Origin: Octopus bimaculoides
Taxonomy: Eukaryota
Length of the DNA: 64,000 bases
Reading direction: 5' to 3'
NCBI RefSeq assembly: GCF_001194135.2
Contig: NC_068989.1
Location: forward strand, 6,623,569-6,687,568
Shown here: in pieces, positions 25,302 to 38,242 of the stretch
How positions within the stretch are numbered: position 1 is the first letter of the stretch
How the letters are laid out: every line of letters starts with the position of its first letter
The notes under the pieces: model-generated
Seen by the model: the letters and a program-made list of their open reading frames with translations, nothing else
The model's database searches: none
What the model was told of the DNA's origin: nothing
Translations under genes and position numbers: made by a program

Positions 25302-25569
25302 CATGATATTTAATACATTTATAAATGAGGAAAGGAAGAAGTCTGCTTGTCAATTTTTTCGTGTTCTTCCTTTTCTCATTCATATTATATATTTATATAT
25401 TCACTATGAGGATATTTAGACCTCTTATAGAGATGGTTTTATCCAAGATACACTGGTTTAATATATTGTATTTTGAAGAGATATTTCTCCAATGAATATA
25501 TTCTATAAAATATCGTAAAATATCAAACATAATTATTGAGTTAGAAAACAGAGAGATCTAATGGATAAA

Positions 25570-25857
25570 AATTAATTTATCAATTAACATATTCACCTAC
25601 AGCTGTTTTGTTTCACAAACAAAATTAAAATAACAAAACATATATATACACGCATGATAAACATGTCTATATAGGCTGAGTATTCCAAACCAATCATGAT
25701 GTAATCCTTTGTATTGTCCTTTGTACACCCTGATGATTTTCCATAGAAGGTATTTAAAATGCAAAATTATATATTTATATATGTTTTGTAATTTTAATTT
25801 TGCTTGTGAAATGAAACAGTTGTAGGTGAATATGTTGATTAATTAATGAATTAATTT
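25570..25857. mobile_element. Palindromic AT-rich unit with hammerhead-like motif (PLE pLTR-like)
   Basis: ~80-bp imperfect inverted arms. Plus strand CACC-CTGATGA (25730)...GAAAC-AGTT-GTA-GGTG (25813-25828). The mirror arm reads AAAAC-AGCT-GTA-GGTG on minus. Confidence 0.55.
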
Positions 25858-25955
25858 GTACCCATTAGATCTCTTTTTTCTCACTAAATAATATTTGATA
25901 TTTTACTATATAAGATCNNNNNNNNNNNNNNNNNNNNNNNNNNNNNNNNNNNNNN

Positions 25956-25994
<39 letters not shown>

Positions 25995-25997
<3 letters not shown>

Positions 25998-26084
25998 CAC
26001 GACGGGCTTCTTTCAGTTTTCAGTTTCCGTCTACCAAATTCACTCACAAGGCTTTGGTTGGCTCGTGGCTATAATAGAAGACTA

Positions 26085-26085
<1 letters not shown>
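25995..26085 (-). mobile_element. SINE B fragment
   Basis: CGACGGGCTTCTTTCAGTT..CTACCAAATTCACTCACAAGG. Confidence 0.85.
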
Positions 26086-26124
<39 letters not shown>

Positions 26125-26280
26125 TATCTGTAACCCAGCTTATTAGGGATGGCTAAAGATTACGAACCGCTATTCTTGAAGTATCTTACTTGATAGAGTC
26201 TAAAGGTTTATGGCGGCAGTCACCACAATTTCCCTTTCAGCAATTTTTCTAAACGACAGAGATGCAACGATATAAGAATT

Positions 26281-26500
26281 ATAGAGACAGAAAATGGCAA
26301 GTTCTTGTGGAACTTTAATAACCAAAATGATTATTTAATAGAAAGCAGATGTACCAACATTATTTTGATAAAATTAAGAAACATATGTTTATAGATTTAG
26401 CCGTTCCACAAGGTTGTATCACGGGATAAATACCAATTTTTTTTGTAATGCAACGAGAATGTGAAAAAAATTTGGTCATAGAAAAGGAGTGGAAATAGTT
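26281..26500 (+). mobile_element. Old R4/Dong-like REL endonuclease fragment
   Basis: IETENGKFLWNFNNQNDYLIESRCTNIILI/(frameshift)MFIDLAVP...QRE.KKIWS aligns by eye with the 19.5-kb REL domain. Confidence 0.62.
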
Positions 26501-27835
26501 GTGAAAGAAACTTAGTCATTAATTCTGGCTACTTGGTAACTGAAAGAATTTTGAAAACAGCTAGAAATGGAAACCATTTTGGAACAAATCCAAAAAATAA
26601 TTTTAAAACCTCCTTTATTTTGGCAACAAACAGGCAGAACATTCTGCTGATAAGTTTGACAACTTACGCTACTGGTTGAGACCAGTTTCAAGAAAAGCAA
26701 ACCAGTTGAAACTGGGTAGTTGAGTAAATAAAATTAAGCAAACAAAAAAGAAACATCATTCTAAAACAATTATGAAAACAATAAAAAACAAACTGAATTG
26801 AGAACAAAATTAAAATATATTTAACGCTATTGAAATATTTAAACATGTTCATTAGACATCGAAATTAATTATCTCCCCACCCTCTCTCTCTCTCTCGATA
26901 GAAAATGATTANNNNNNNNNNNNNNNNNNNNNNNNNNNNNNNNNNNNNNNNNNNNNNNNNNNNNNNNNNNNNNNNNNNNNNNNNNNNNNNNNNNNNNNNN
27001 NNNNNNNNNNNTATATATATATAATTTTCTATCTCGTATGAAATATATAACTCACGCCGTCTTCCCCTCTGTGACAATATCTCTATATATCTATCTATCT
27101 GTCTATCTATCTATCGATACATTTTTATCACTCTATATTCTTCAACGCCATTAATTTATCGTTGCTATGTTTACTTGAACGTTCAGAAATATCTCTTCTT
27201 TTTCCACTCTTCCATTTAATTCACTCAGTATTTTATAACGTTTAAGTATTTCTCCATTCCTCTCTTTTCGTCCAGAGACCATCTCTCTGATAAGCCTTTA
27301 TAACTAATTCATCACCAACAACTCCAATCCTAATACCATTCTCTTCTTCAGCTCCTCTCACTGAACAACTCTCTATATCCGTCTACTTCTTTGCCTCTCT
27401 ACTTCTCTCTTTCTCTATCTATTTTCCCCCTCTCAATACATCAGTCTTTCAATATATTTCGCTACAAATCTCTGACATCCACCCTCTGTCCGTTTTTCTT
27501 TCTCTTTCTGTACTTCTCTTGATTTCAGTCCTCACACTACGACCAAATTCAACCAAACACAAAGCTGTACCATACAACATCCTTCCAGTAATCCTCTTGA
27601 GTCGAAATGTTTAAATTTTTAACAGTTTAATTGGATGTATTCGGTCGTTTTAAACAATTTCCTTTGTGCGCTACTCATTTCACTTGCTTGTTGTCATTTC
27701 AGTGGTAATGCTTCTTGTACTCGCTAGAGTTATTCTTGCTGTAGTTGTTTTGGCTTTCCCATATTGATTTCTCAATACAAAAACACGGAAATCACACTAA
27801 GAGTTGGTTTGTTTGCTTTTCTTTTTGCTCAATAC

Positions 27836-27910
<75 letters not shown>

Positions 27911-28675
27911 CATATGTATGACATCCATATATATGCACACACACACACACACATATGTACGTGATATACATATGCATGTATGTAATGCATATATGTGTGT
28001 GTACGTATATGCACACATTCATATATGTATGTGAGGCATATATATATATATATATACATGTATTTATGTATGCATATATGCATGTAATATATACACGTGT
28101 ATAAATGTAACGTAGGTGCTTGTGTGTGTGTGCATACATTTAGACATATACATATACATATCTACATATACATATATACAAATACATACATATACATACA
28201 TATATATACATACATAAACATATACACACATATATATATATGCATATATATATATATATACACATATATACATATACACATATACACATATATATACACA
28301 AATACCATACATGTATACATATATACACATTTATACATATACACAGATACATATTCACATACACATATACACACATATACATATTCACACATACATATAC
28401 ACACATACAAACATATATGCACACACATACACACATATATATACACACATATATACATATACAAACATGTACACATATATATACACACATATATACATAT
28501 ACAAACATGTACACACACATATATACACACATATATACATATACAAATATATATACGCACACATGTATACACATATATATACATATACAAACATATACAC
28601 AACATGCATATATATATATATATACATATATACACACACATATATATATATATACATATATACACACATATATAA
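27836..28675. repeat. (TA)n / (CATA)n degenerate microsatellite block
   Basis: Directly visible. Confidence 0.95.
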
Positions 28676-29299
28676 ATGTGCTTCTTGTATTTATGAAAGT
28701 TTTCAGTGAAAAAGTTGCTTTCTCATGCATAATTACACATGCACACATGATTTTAAAGTCTCGAGGACAACTTAAAGGACGGAAAGAAAGCCATACGGGG
28801 GGGGGGGTAGAAAGAAAGAGAAAAGCAGAGAAACGGACTGGCAGAAACTCAGCGTATGTATGTGTGTGCGTGTGTGTGTGTCTACTTGTATGTGCGTATA
28901 AATGTCCACTTGTTTTATACCAATGTGTGTGTGTGTGAAAATGAGTATGTACCGAATTTTTTTTCTTCTCATTATAGAAGTGAAAAATAAAATGGCTGGC
29001 AGCATCGGACTATTGAACGAGTTACTCCAGTATAGGAACATGAGAGGCCACGTTTAAGGATTTGAAACAGTTAATAATTCTGTCATGAAAACAGCCAGCA
29101 TTTGACGACAGATATTTTCTCATAAGAGAGTTCCAAGTCACTCCTTTAAAGGCGTAACAGTTATTCCTGGTTCTCTCTCCCTCTCTTCTCTCGAGTTAAC
29201 GAGGATACGTTTAGGTGGTCACTCGAAATGCTAGAAATACCGGGAAAATCTCCCTCAACTCCTACCTTAACCTCTTTTGTAAATTACACATAAGAGAAA

Positions 29300-29710
29300 G
29301 GCGGCGAGCTTGGCAGAAACGTTAGCGCGTCGGGCGAAATGCTTAGCGGTATTTCGTCTGCCGCTAAGTTCTGAGTTCAAATTCCACCGAGGTCGACTTT
29401 GCCTTTCATCCTTTCGGGGTCGATAAATTAAGTGCCAGTTACGCACTGGGGTCGATGAAATCGACTTAATCCCTTTGTCTGTCCTTGTTTGTCCCCTCTA
29501 TGTTTCGTCCCTTGTGGGCAATAAAGAAATAAGAAATTTTAGCTCGCCGGGCGAAATGCTTAGCGGTATTTCGTTTGTCTTTACGTTCTGAGTTCAAATT
29601 CCGCCGTGGTCGACTTTGCCTTTCATCCTTTCAGGGGTCGATAAACTAAGTACCAGTTGCGTACTGGGGTTTATCTCATCGACTGGCACCCTCCCCCAAA
29701 ATTTCTGACC
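29300..29710 (+). mobile_element. SINE A dimer
   Basis: Two cores joined by the linker TTTGTCTGTCCTTGTTTGTCCCCTCTATGTTT..GTGGGCAATAAAGAAATAAG. Confidence 0.95.
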
Positions 29711-30169
29711 ATAAAGAATCTCATTATCTGCCCTTTCTACTCCACCTCTCTCTCTCTCTTTTCCATTTGTCTCTTATTCTTTCAGCCTCCTTCTCAATTT
29801 CTTTTTCACTCTCACATACACGTTACTCTCTCTCCTGTCTCTTCTCTCTCTCTCTTCCATCTGTCTTCTCCCGCCTCTTTTATCACAATCCCCTTCTCTC
29901 TTTCTCTCGCTCTCTGCTCCCTGCTAAATCTAATAAAAGATTGATCTGTGTTTATCGATCTAGCCATCCACTCTATAACACAAGCCGTGCACCACATTGC
30001 TGCGCCGTCTTTATAATATAGCACAATAGATGGCGTAGCACCGAGATGAAAACGATACGATTCTGGTTGTCTTGAATGCATTATGACCAAAGATCGACTT
30101 CACGAGAGCTGACTTGGGTGCTGAACAACAAAACAGCAGCTATAACAATCCTTCTAATTTTCGTGAAGG

Positions 30170-30300
30170 TTAGTAATTTCGAGGGGAAGGCGAACTGGTT
30201 ATATCAAACTCCAGTACTCAAGCGGTACTTATTATATCGAACGCGAACGGGTAAAAGGTGAAGGTGACCCCGGTGGAATTTGAAATCAGAATGTAAAGAT
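30170..30300 (-). mobile_element. SINE A, old
   Basis: Diverged core, GGTGGAATTTGAAATCAGAATG. Confidence 0.75.
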
Positions 30301-30355
30301 ATAAAAAATAAAAAAAATAATAAAACACGGCATTTATAATAACTGCTTTATATTT

Positions 30356-30701
30356 AAGCGCTTTTCGCAGTCACAGGATCGCGGTTTCGATTCCCAGACC
30401 GGGCGATGTGAGTGTTTATTGAGCGAAAACACCTAAAGCTCCATGAGGCTCCGGCAGGGGTTGGGTGGCGAACTCTGCTATATTCTTGCACCACAACTTT
30501 CTCTCACTCTTTCTTCCTGTATCTGTCGTATCTATATTTCAAAGGGCCAGCCTTGTCTCACTCTGTGTCACGCTGAATCTCCCCTAGAACTACGTTAACG
30601 GTACACTTGTCTGAGCAGTGCTCAGCCATTTGTACGTTAATTTTACCAGAAGGCTGTTCCGTTCAACTGGAACCCGCCTCGTCGTAACCGACGGAGTCCC
30701 A
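30356..30701 (+). mobile_element. SINE C
   Basis: Head GGATCGCGGTTTCGATTCCC plus shared tail. Confidence 0.92.
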
Positions 30702-31500
30702 CGATTTAAGCCCTTTACGGCCACACTTGTATACTTATGACTCGCCATCACATAACAGTCACTAACACTGCCTCCCTCTAGTGAGCACTTCTAACAAGTA
30801 CAACTGCATTCATAATTTATAGAGCTGTGTTATGGTCAGACGGAGGGAAAGATAGTGTAGAGGTTTATGGAACGACGTCAGGCTATGATGAATTACGAAC
30901 CTAAAATACCATCGAACGAATTGTACAACAGCTGCTTACCCACGCGTCCGTCACATCAGGTCATGCATTGGATAATATATCAAGAAGCTAGTGTTCGAAA
31001 CCGCGTCGCATTAAGATAATTAACTCATTTATCATTTGGTTATGAGCCGCACAGCACGAGTGGAGACGAAATGCTGGGCTCTGTCGGATCTGTTCTGCTA
31101 TGTGTAATAATTATCTATGACATTTTAAATTGAAGTCGAAGCAATGACGAGGTGGAAATAATTTAAAAACAAAATAATGCAAATTCTAAGCTGTTTAAAA
31201 AAAAAATAAACAGAGGGAGTCTTTTTGTTTTCTTTTTCGATACATGGAGAGCTTTGTCTTTTTAAACATGGTGGTTAATTAGTGACAAGTTGGAACATTT
31301 GTATATATTAAGGCAAAACACAGGAAAATGTCACAAAGTGAATACTTTACCTATACAGGTATTCTATTCTCTCTTTGTGAATGGTATTTCTTTGAGGCAA
31401 TGAAGGTGAAAATACTTGCTGATGTTGTTGTAGTTGTAGCAATAGTCACAGTTGTCGTTCTTCCTCTCCTTTTTCTTCGGTTCCTTCTTTTTTTTTTCAT

Positions 31501-31658
31501 CTCCCCTCCTTCGTCTCCTCCTTATTTTTCGTCTACTCTTCCCCTTCCTCCGTCTCCTCCTCCTTATTTTTCGTCTACTCTTCCCCTTCCTCGTCCTTCG
31601 TCTCCTCCTCCTTATTTTTCGTCTAATCTTCCTCTTCCTCCTACTTCGTCTCCTCCTC
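31501..31658. repeat. ~40-48-bp pyrimidine-rich tandem repeat x3
   Basis: Unit CGTCTCCTC(CTC)CTTATTTTTCGTCTACTCTTCCCCTTCCTC. Confidence 0.9.
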
Positions 31659-31696
31659 AAACAGTTGTATACACAGGAGTGTAAAACAATACCGTG

Positions 31697-31935
31697 AAGG
31701 CATGTGACTCAGTGGCTAGGATATCCGGTTCATAGTTGTAAGGACGAGAGTTCGATTCCTGACAGCGCGTTTTATCTTTGAATAAAAAACAATATTTCAC
31801 ATTGTTCCAGTCTACCAAGCTGGCAAAAATAAGCTTCACTTGTAATTCAAAGGGCCAGCCTTGACATATTCTGTGTCACACCGAACCCTCTTGAGAAATA
31901 CGTTAAGGGTATGCGTGTTTGTGGAGTACTCGGCC
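31697..31935 (+). mobile_element. SINE family D (different head/body, C-type tail)
   Basis: tRNA-like head GAGTTCGATTCC; tail TCAAAGGGCCAGCCTTG shared with C. Confidence 0.75.
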
Positions 31936-32206
31936 AAGTAGCGTGCTAGTAAAACTACACCACTGTGAGATATATATATACAACTAAATATATACGGTTA
32001 CATGCTAAGAGGTCTGATATATACGCGAGTAACAAAATACGTCAAAACTCCAATGAACTATGGATTGGTGGACTTGAGGTGTTGGAGACTCTCTTTTATA
32101 ATACTGACAATGGTATCGCAATTTCTTGCTGAACAACCTGCTCAGATGATTTGCTTATAGTAATCAAATGTTATATATATATATATATCTATATATATGC
32201 ACACGT

Positions 32207-32250
32207 TGCTACTCTAGGCACAAGGCCCGAAATTTTGTGGCCCCAGTACG
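32207..32250 (-). mobile_element. SINE A tail fragment
   Basis: CTACTCTAGGCACAAGGCCCGAAATTTTG. Confidence 0.8.
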
Positions 32251-32475
32251 CAATATAATTTTGATAACTTTGAGCTAGTATAGGCCCTATATATATATAT
32301 ATATATATATATATGACGTATGCCATTCATTTTACCACGTCTGTACATGTACATAAAATGTTAAAAAATCCTGAATTTATCCATAATTCATCTCCACACA
32401 AACAATATTCATTATTTAAATTTTATTACATTTCTTTCATACGCGTACACCAGTCCTACACATAAACACGGGTGA

Positions 32476-32523
<48 letters not shown>

Positions 32524-33058
32524 GCATTGCTTATGTAGGTACAGGAATACATACTATCTACATTTGCACATTTTCATCAATTAATAGACTTTCAATTTCC
32601 AATTAGTTATTTCAGGAAGACAGAAAATGCATACGTTCATACATAAATATAGACATACACATCGCGCTCTCTCACTCACCATATATATATATCCCCCCTC
32701 TCTCTATATATATCTATCTATCTACCTATCTATCTATCTATATGTATATCTACCTATCTATTTGCACATATGTTCATTTACTTATGTAAGCATTCATGAA
32801 TTCAAATATTTTATCCGCTCATCAAAAAACTTATCGTTATTTACCATCGCAAACATCTAACACAACTTAATATTTATTGTTGCAGTCAATATTCATTGAT
32901 GGGCAAAATTTTATGCATTAGAGTTAGTAATATGAACCTGTGTGTGTGTGTGTCTGTCTGTCTGTGTACACGTACACACGAGCACACGCACACATACATA
33001 CATATATATACATATATATACATACGTACATATATACATATATTTATATTTACTTATG

Positions 33059-33109
<51 letters not shown>

Positions 33110-33215
33110 CTCTGTATATATATATGTATGTGTATGTATGCATATCTATGTATATATATGTATATCAATGTGTGTATATATATGTATATCAATGTGTATA
33201 TATATATGTATATCA

Positions 33216-33253
<38 letters not shown>

Positions 33254-33279
33254 ATGTGTATATATATATATATATATCA

Positions 33280-33353
<74 letters not shown>

Positions 33354-33401
33354 ATAAATATATCTGTATATATGTATATCCGTGTGTGATTGTGTGTATG
33401 T

Positions 33402-33751
33402 GGAGGCACAATGACCCAGTGGTTAGGGCAGCGGACTCGAAGTCGTAGGATCGCGGTTTCGACTCCCAGACCGGACGTTGTGAGTGTTTATTGAGGATGA
33501 GGGGTAGACGAACCATGCTGTACTCTTTCACCATAACTTTCTCTCACTCTTTCTTCCTGTTTCTGTAGCACACCTGTATTTCAAAGGGCCAGCCTTGTCA
33601 AACTCTGTGTCACGCTGAATCTCCCCGAGAACTACGTTAAGGGTACACGTGTCTGTGGAGTGCTCAGCCACTTGCATGTTAATTTCACGAGCAGGCTTTT
33701 CCGTTGATCGGATCAACTGGAACCTTCGTCGTCGTAACCAACGGAGTACCA
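33402..33751 (+). mobile_element. SINE C, near full length
   Basis: A-box-like CCAGTGGTTAG, B-box-like GGTTTCGACTCCC, shared tail. Confidence 0.93.
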
Positions 33752-34164
33752 CGACGATAAATATATATATGTGTGTGTATACATGAAATTTCTCTCTTTT
33801 GATACCTTCAATTTTCTTTTACTGTCACCTCAGCACTGCTCGGTTCCACCCATTTATGTAGGCAACAAAACTTCCAGAAAGCAGGAAGTGCTTTGCTGAT
33901 TCAAGTTTTGTAACTCTGGGCCGGATATTTCTACCATCCTCAGTAGTCGTTCTTTCAAACCTACCTATCACTCTCTCTCTCTTGAGCCAGATATAACGGT
34001 TTGTTTCGTCACTTTTTGCTGCTGCTTATAAGTTTCTGACATCTTGTTTTCTTTTGCTGGCAGATAATCCAAAGTTCCTGAGCATTTCATCCTGTTTCCG
34101 ATAAATCGTCTAATCCTCTAATACCTCTATCTCTCTCTGTGTCTATCTCTTTATCGCTCTCTCA

Positions 34165-34207
<43 letters not shown>

Positions 34208-34559
34208 TCCCTCTCTCTGTTCATCGAGGTTTGATGGTATGTTTCATGACGTGTTCCTGTTATATTAGGATTTCTTCGGCTACCACCAGAGATTCGACCT
34301 CCAGGCCCTAAATGCCAGGTCGCTACCAAGCAACCAATACTCTGAGATTAATCCTCCTACTCGTCCTCGTGCTCCACCACTTGCTCGTTAGCTACTGCTC
34401 CCCCCTCTCCTCCTAGCTTCCTCCTTCTTCCTCTTCATTTTCCACTTCTCTTTCTTCATCATATATATACATATATATATATATGCCTGTGTATACGCAT
34501 GTATACACATGGACAGATACACACACATACATATATGCTTATCAATACACTTGTGATGA

Positions 34560-34610
<51 letters not shown>

Positions 34611-35650
34611 GGGNNNNNNNNNNNNNNNNNNNNNNNNNNNNNNNNNNNNNNNNNNNNNNNNNNNNNNNNNNNNNNNNNNNNNNNNNNNNNNNNNNNNNNN
34701 NNNNNNNNNNNNNNNNNNNNNNNNNNNNNNNNNNNNNNNNNNNNNNNNNNNNNNNNNNNNNNNNNNNNNNNNNNNNNNNNNNNNNNNNNNNNNNNNNNNN
34801 NNNNNNNNNNNNNNNNNNNNNNNNNNNNNNNNNNNNNNNNNNNNNNNNNNNNNNNNNNNNNNNNNNNNNNNNNNNNNNNNNNNNNNNNNNNNNNNNNNNN
34901 NNNNNNNNNNNNNNNNNNNNNNNNNNNNNNNNNNNNNNNNNNNNNNNNNNNNNNNNNNNNNNNNNNNNNNNNNNNNNNNNNNNNNNNNNNNNNNNNNNNN
35001 NNNNNNNNNNNNNNNNNNNNNNNNNNNNNNNNNNNNNNNNNNNNNNNNNNNNNNNNNNNNNNNNNNNNNNNNNNNNNNNNNNNNNNNNNNNNNNNNNNNN
35101 NNNNNNNNNNNNNNNNNNNNNNNNNNNNNNNNNNNNNNNNNNNNNNNNNNNNNNNNNNNNNNNNNNNNNNNNNNNNNNNNNNNNNNNNNNNNNNNNNNNN
35201 NNNNNNNNNNNNNNNNNNNNNNNNNNNNNNNNNNNNNNNNNNNNNNNNNNNNNNNNNNNNNNNNNNNNNNNNNNNNNNNNNNNNNATATAGGCACGTTTT
35301 TGTTCTCTTCTATTTTTAATTATTTGAAGTTTTCCTGTAAGGAACGAGCTGGTTTCTAACAAAGACTCAACGCGCCATCACTGGAATGTAGCCAACAAAT
35401 ATATAATTAAATACATAAATATATAAATATATAAATATATATAAAATGTCACATTTTGAATTTGAGAAAATCTTTGCATTTCTTTTTTTACCGGTTTCGC
35501 TCGGAGATTGTAATTGTACATCTTATGTACGCATGTTCGTATCTCTCTCTGTCTGTATGTCTATCCATTTATTCGTTTTCCTCTTCCTTCTTTCTCCCCC
35601 TCTCTCTCCCTATACACATAGACATATATATATATATAAATACATGTGTC

Positions 35651-35695
<45 letters not shown>

Positions 35696-35844
35696 ACATA
35701 ATAATGCATCAAGTCGACAACTGGAATACATGGTCTTACGTTTAATTCTTTAGTTACGTGCGTTTCGACTCTATATGTAATGAATATATTCAAGACTGTA
35801 AATCTTGATACGAACATGAATATACATGAATATAAATTGTCCAG

Positions 35845-36025
35845 CAATTTTGAGGGCGGGGTTAAATCGAATACTTAGACCCTAGTACTCAACGGTGCCT
35901 ATTTCACCAACCACTAAATGGTGACGGGCAGTTTACCTCGGCGGAATTCGAACTCAGAACTTATTGACAAGCGAAATGCCGCTAAGCATTTCGTCCGACG
36001 TGTTAATGATTTTTCCAACACGCCA
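35845..36025 (-). mobile_element. SINE A, old
   Basis: CCTCGGCGGAATTCGAACTCAGAAC..GCTAAGCATTTCG. Confidence 0.8.
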
Positions 36026-36091
36026 ACTGAAATAATTTTGCAATATTACAACATATTACAAGATAAGAGTCAGAGATGACAAATGAATGAA

Positions 36092-36330
36092 CGATTATCT
36101 TTTGAACTTTATTAGGTTACAGCCGTTTCTGCTCTACATGCAGTGAACTCATAGCTGAGCACTTGAGCAACATCAGCGCCTCGAATGTGAAATCCAAAAT
36201 ACAATGTAATTCTTTTCCTCAAATAAATTGCACTTCATATTCTATGTTCCGATGAAGCTGTAAGGTGTTGCCCAGGCACTCATCTTAGAGCAGAAACAGT
36301 GGTAAGAGTATGAAGTTCATAAGATAATCA
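36092..36330. mobile_element. Palindromic unit with a decayed hammerhead-like core on each strand (PLE pLTR-like)
   Basis: Terminal inverted repeats. Minus core 36176->36118: CTGATGT-TGCTC..GAGCA-GAAAC-GGCT-GTA. Plus core 36249-36304: CCGATGA-AGCTGTAAG..CTTAGAGCA-GAAAC-AGTG-GTA. Confidence 0.6.
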
Positions 36331-36540
36331 ATTATTCTTTTGTTATCTCTCTTTCTTATTACCGCTCGATACTCAGCCAACTCTTCGTTCAGAAACAAAC
36401 GTATATTGAGTTCTACATCGAGTTATTGGTCTCGCAATGCGTAACCGAATTACTACAACATATTAGAATATGCGCATCTATCTGAGAAAGTGTCCAAAGT
36501 AACACAATTTACTCTTGTATATTCTTTTATTCTTTAATTC

Positions 36541-36970
36541 ATTTCCTTGTTTCAGTCATTTCACTGAGGCCATGCTGGAGCACCGCCTCGAAAGTTTTTT
36601 TTTAGTCGAACAATCAGACCCAGGAGTCTTTTTGTTTATCTATTTTCAAAATCTAATATTTATTCTACCGGTCACTTTGCTGAACCGCTAAGTTACAGGG
36701 AATTAAACACACAAACACCGGTTGTCAAATGTTGATGGGGAGAAAAACACTGCCAGAAAGACGCACACACACACAGAGATACACGCTAGATATATACATA
36801 CTTATACACACGGACACGCATATATACGACGGGCTTTTTAAGTTTTCGCCTACCAAACCCCCTCACTGGGCTTTAGAAGACACTCGCCCAAGGTGCTACG
36901 TAGTAGGACTGAACCCGGAATCATGTGGTTGGTTAGCAAGCTACTTACCACACAGCCACTCCTGTGCCTA
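36541..36970 (-). mobile_element. SINE B, near full length
   Basis: Tail to head collinear with the 18546 copy. Confidence 0.92.
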
Positions 36971-37164
36971 TAATTATGATTTTATTAAATATATTTTCCT
37001 CTGAGATTCACACACTTATTGCAGCGCTCCTTCAGTTTGTCTAAGAACCCTCAAAGAACTTGGAAGGTTGGGCCTCTAACCAGGCTTTCCGCACCCTTAA
37101 AGCCTGGGACTTTTCAGCACCGCCTAAATGTCAGCGCGAAAGCGTGTGCATGTGTGAATCGGCA

Positions 37165-37322
37165 GCATTCCATGCTGTATCCGTCAACCAAATTCAAACA
37201 GAAAGCATTGGTTAACCAGGAATGATAGCACACACTTCCCCAAGGTGCTGCACAGTGGAACTGAAACCGAAAGCTCGTAGTTGTTCTGCTTAGTTTCTTA
37301 ACCACATAGCCATACCTTCGCC
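37165..37322 (-). mobile_element. SINE B, 5' half
   Basis: CACTTCCCCAAGGTGCTGCACAGTGGAACTGAAACC. Confidence 0.8.
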
Positions 37323-37835
37323 TAATATTCGATAAACATCGAACTACAGACTGTTTATTAATTTGAAACACTTTCCACAATGCTATATTAAATATTTATA
37401 TTAAGGTGAAGTGGTGTGATGAAAGCAATGCGTTAGTGTGCGGTAAAATTATTTTGTAGTAAATATAACGCCTCCAGCGTTGTAGTTGTAATATACAGCA
37501 GAATAATCGTGCCCAATTAAGTGATATAATTAAGGAGTTAATATAGTAATAGAAGTAAACAAACTTGAACAATATAATTAAATGATTCAGTTTAAGTTGA
37601 AATTCACAGTATTCACAAATATTTTAAATGTAAGTAGTTTGTTAGACAATTCGTAATTTTTCACAATTTAATTTTCATGTCCGTTTATTGTGTAGTCATA
37701 AAGGGAAAATTATATTAGCGTAAACAAGAAAACCAACATATATTAATATTATGAGGAGACACACACATATACGTGCGCATGCGAACTCATATGCACACAC
37801 ACGTTTGTGTACATATGCATATACATACATGTATG

Positions 37836-37887
<52 letters not shown>

Positions 37888-37976
37888 AAATATCTACATA
37901 TTGTATATATATATATTTATATATATAATATATATATATATACATAAAATATCTACATATTGTATATACATATATT

Positions 37977-38020
<44 letters not shown>

Positions 38021-38194
38021 TATATATAATGTATATATATATATATATGTGTGTGTGTGTATATATGTATATATATATATATATATATAAATATATGTAT
38101 ATGTGTGTATGTACATGCATATATGTACACATATATATACGTGTACATATGTATACGCGTATATAACGACAAACGCTTGATATTATACACACGA

Positions 38195-38242
<48 letters not shown>

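Noticed and set aside
31364-31660. Arg/Lys-rich protamine-like ORF on the minus strand
   Set aside because: Product of a purine-rich tandem repeat, with no independent coding support.
33402-33470. tRNA gene (and similar tRNA-like heads elsewhere)
   Set aside because: A/B boxes are followed by SINE bodies, no full cloverleaf is evident, and the heads are multi-copy.
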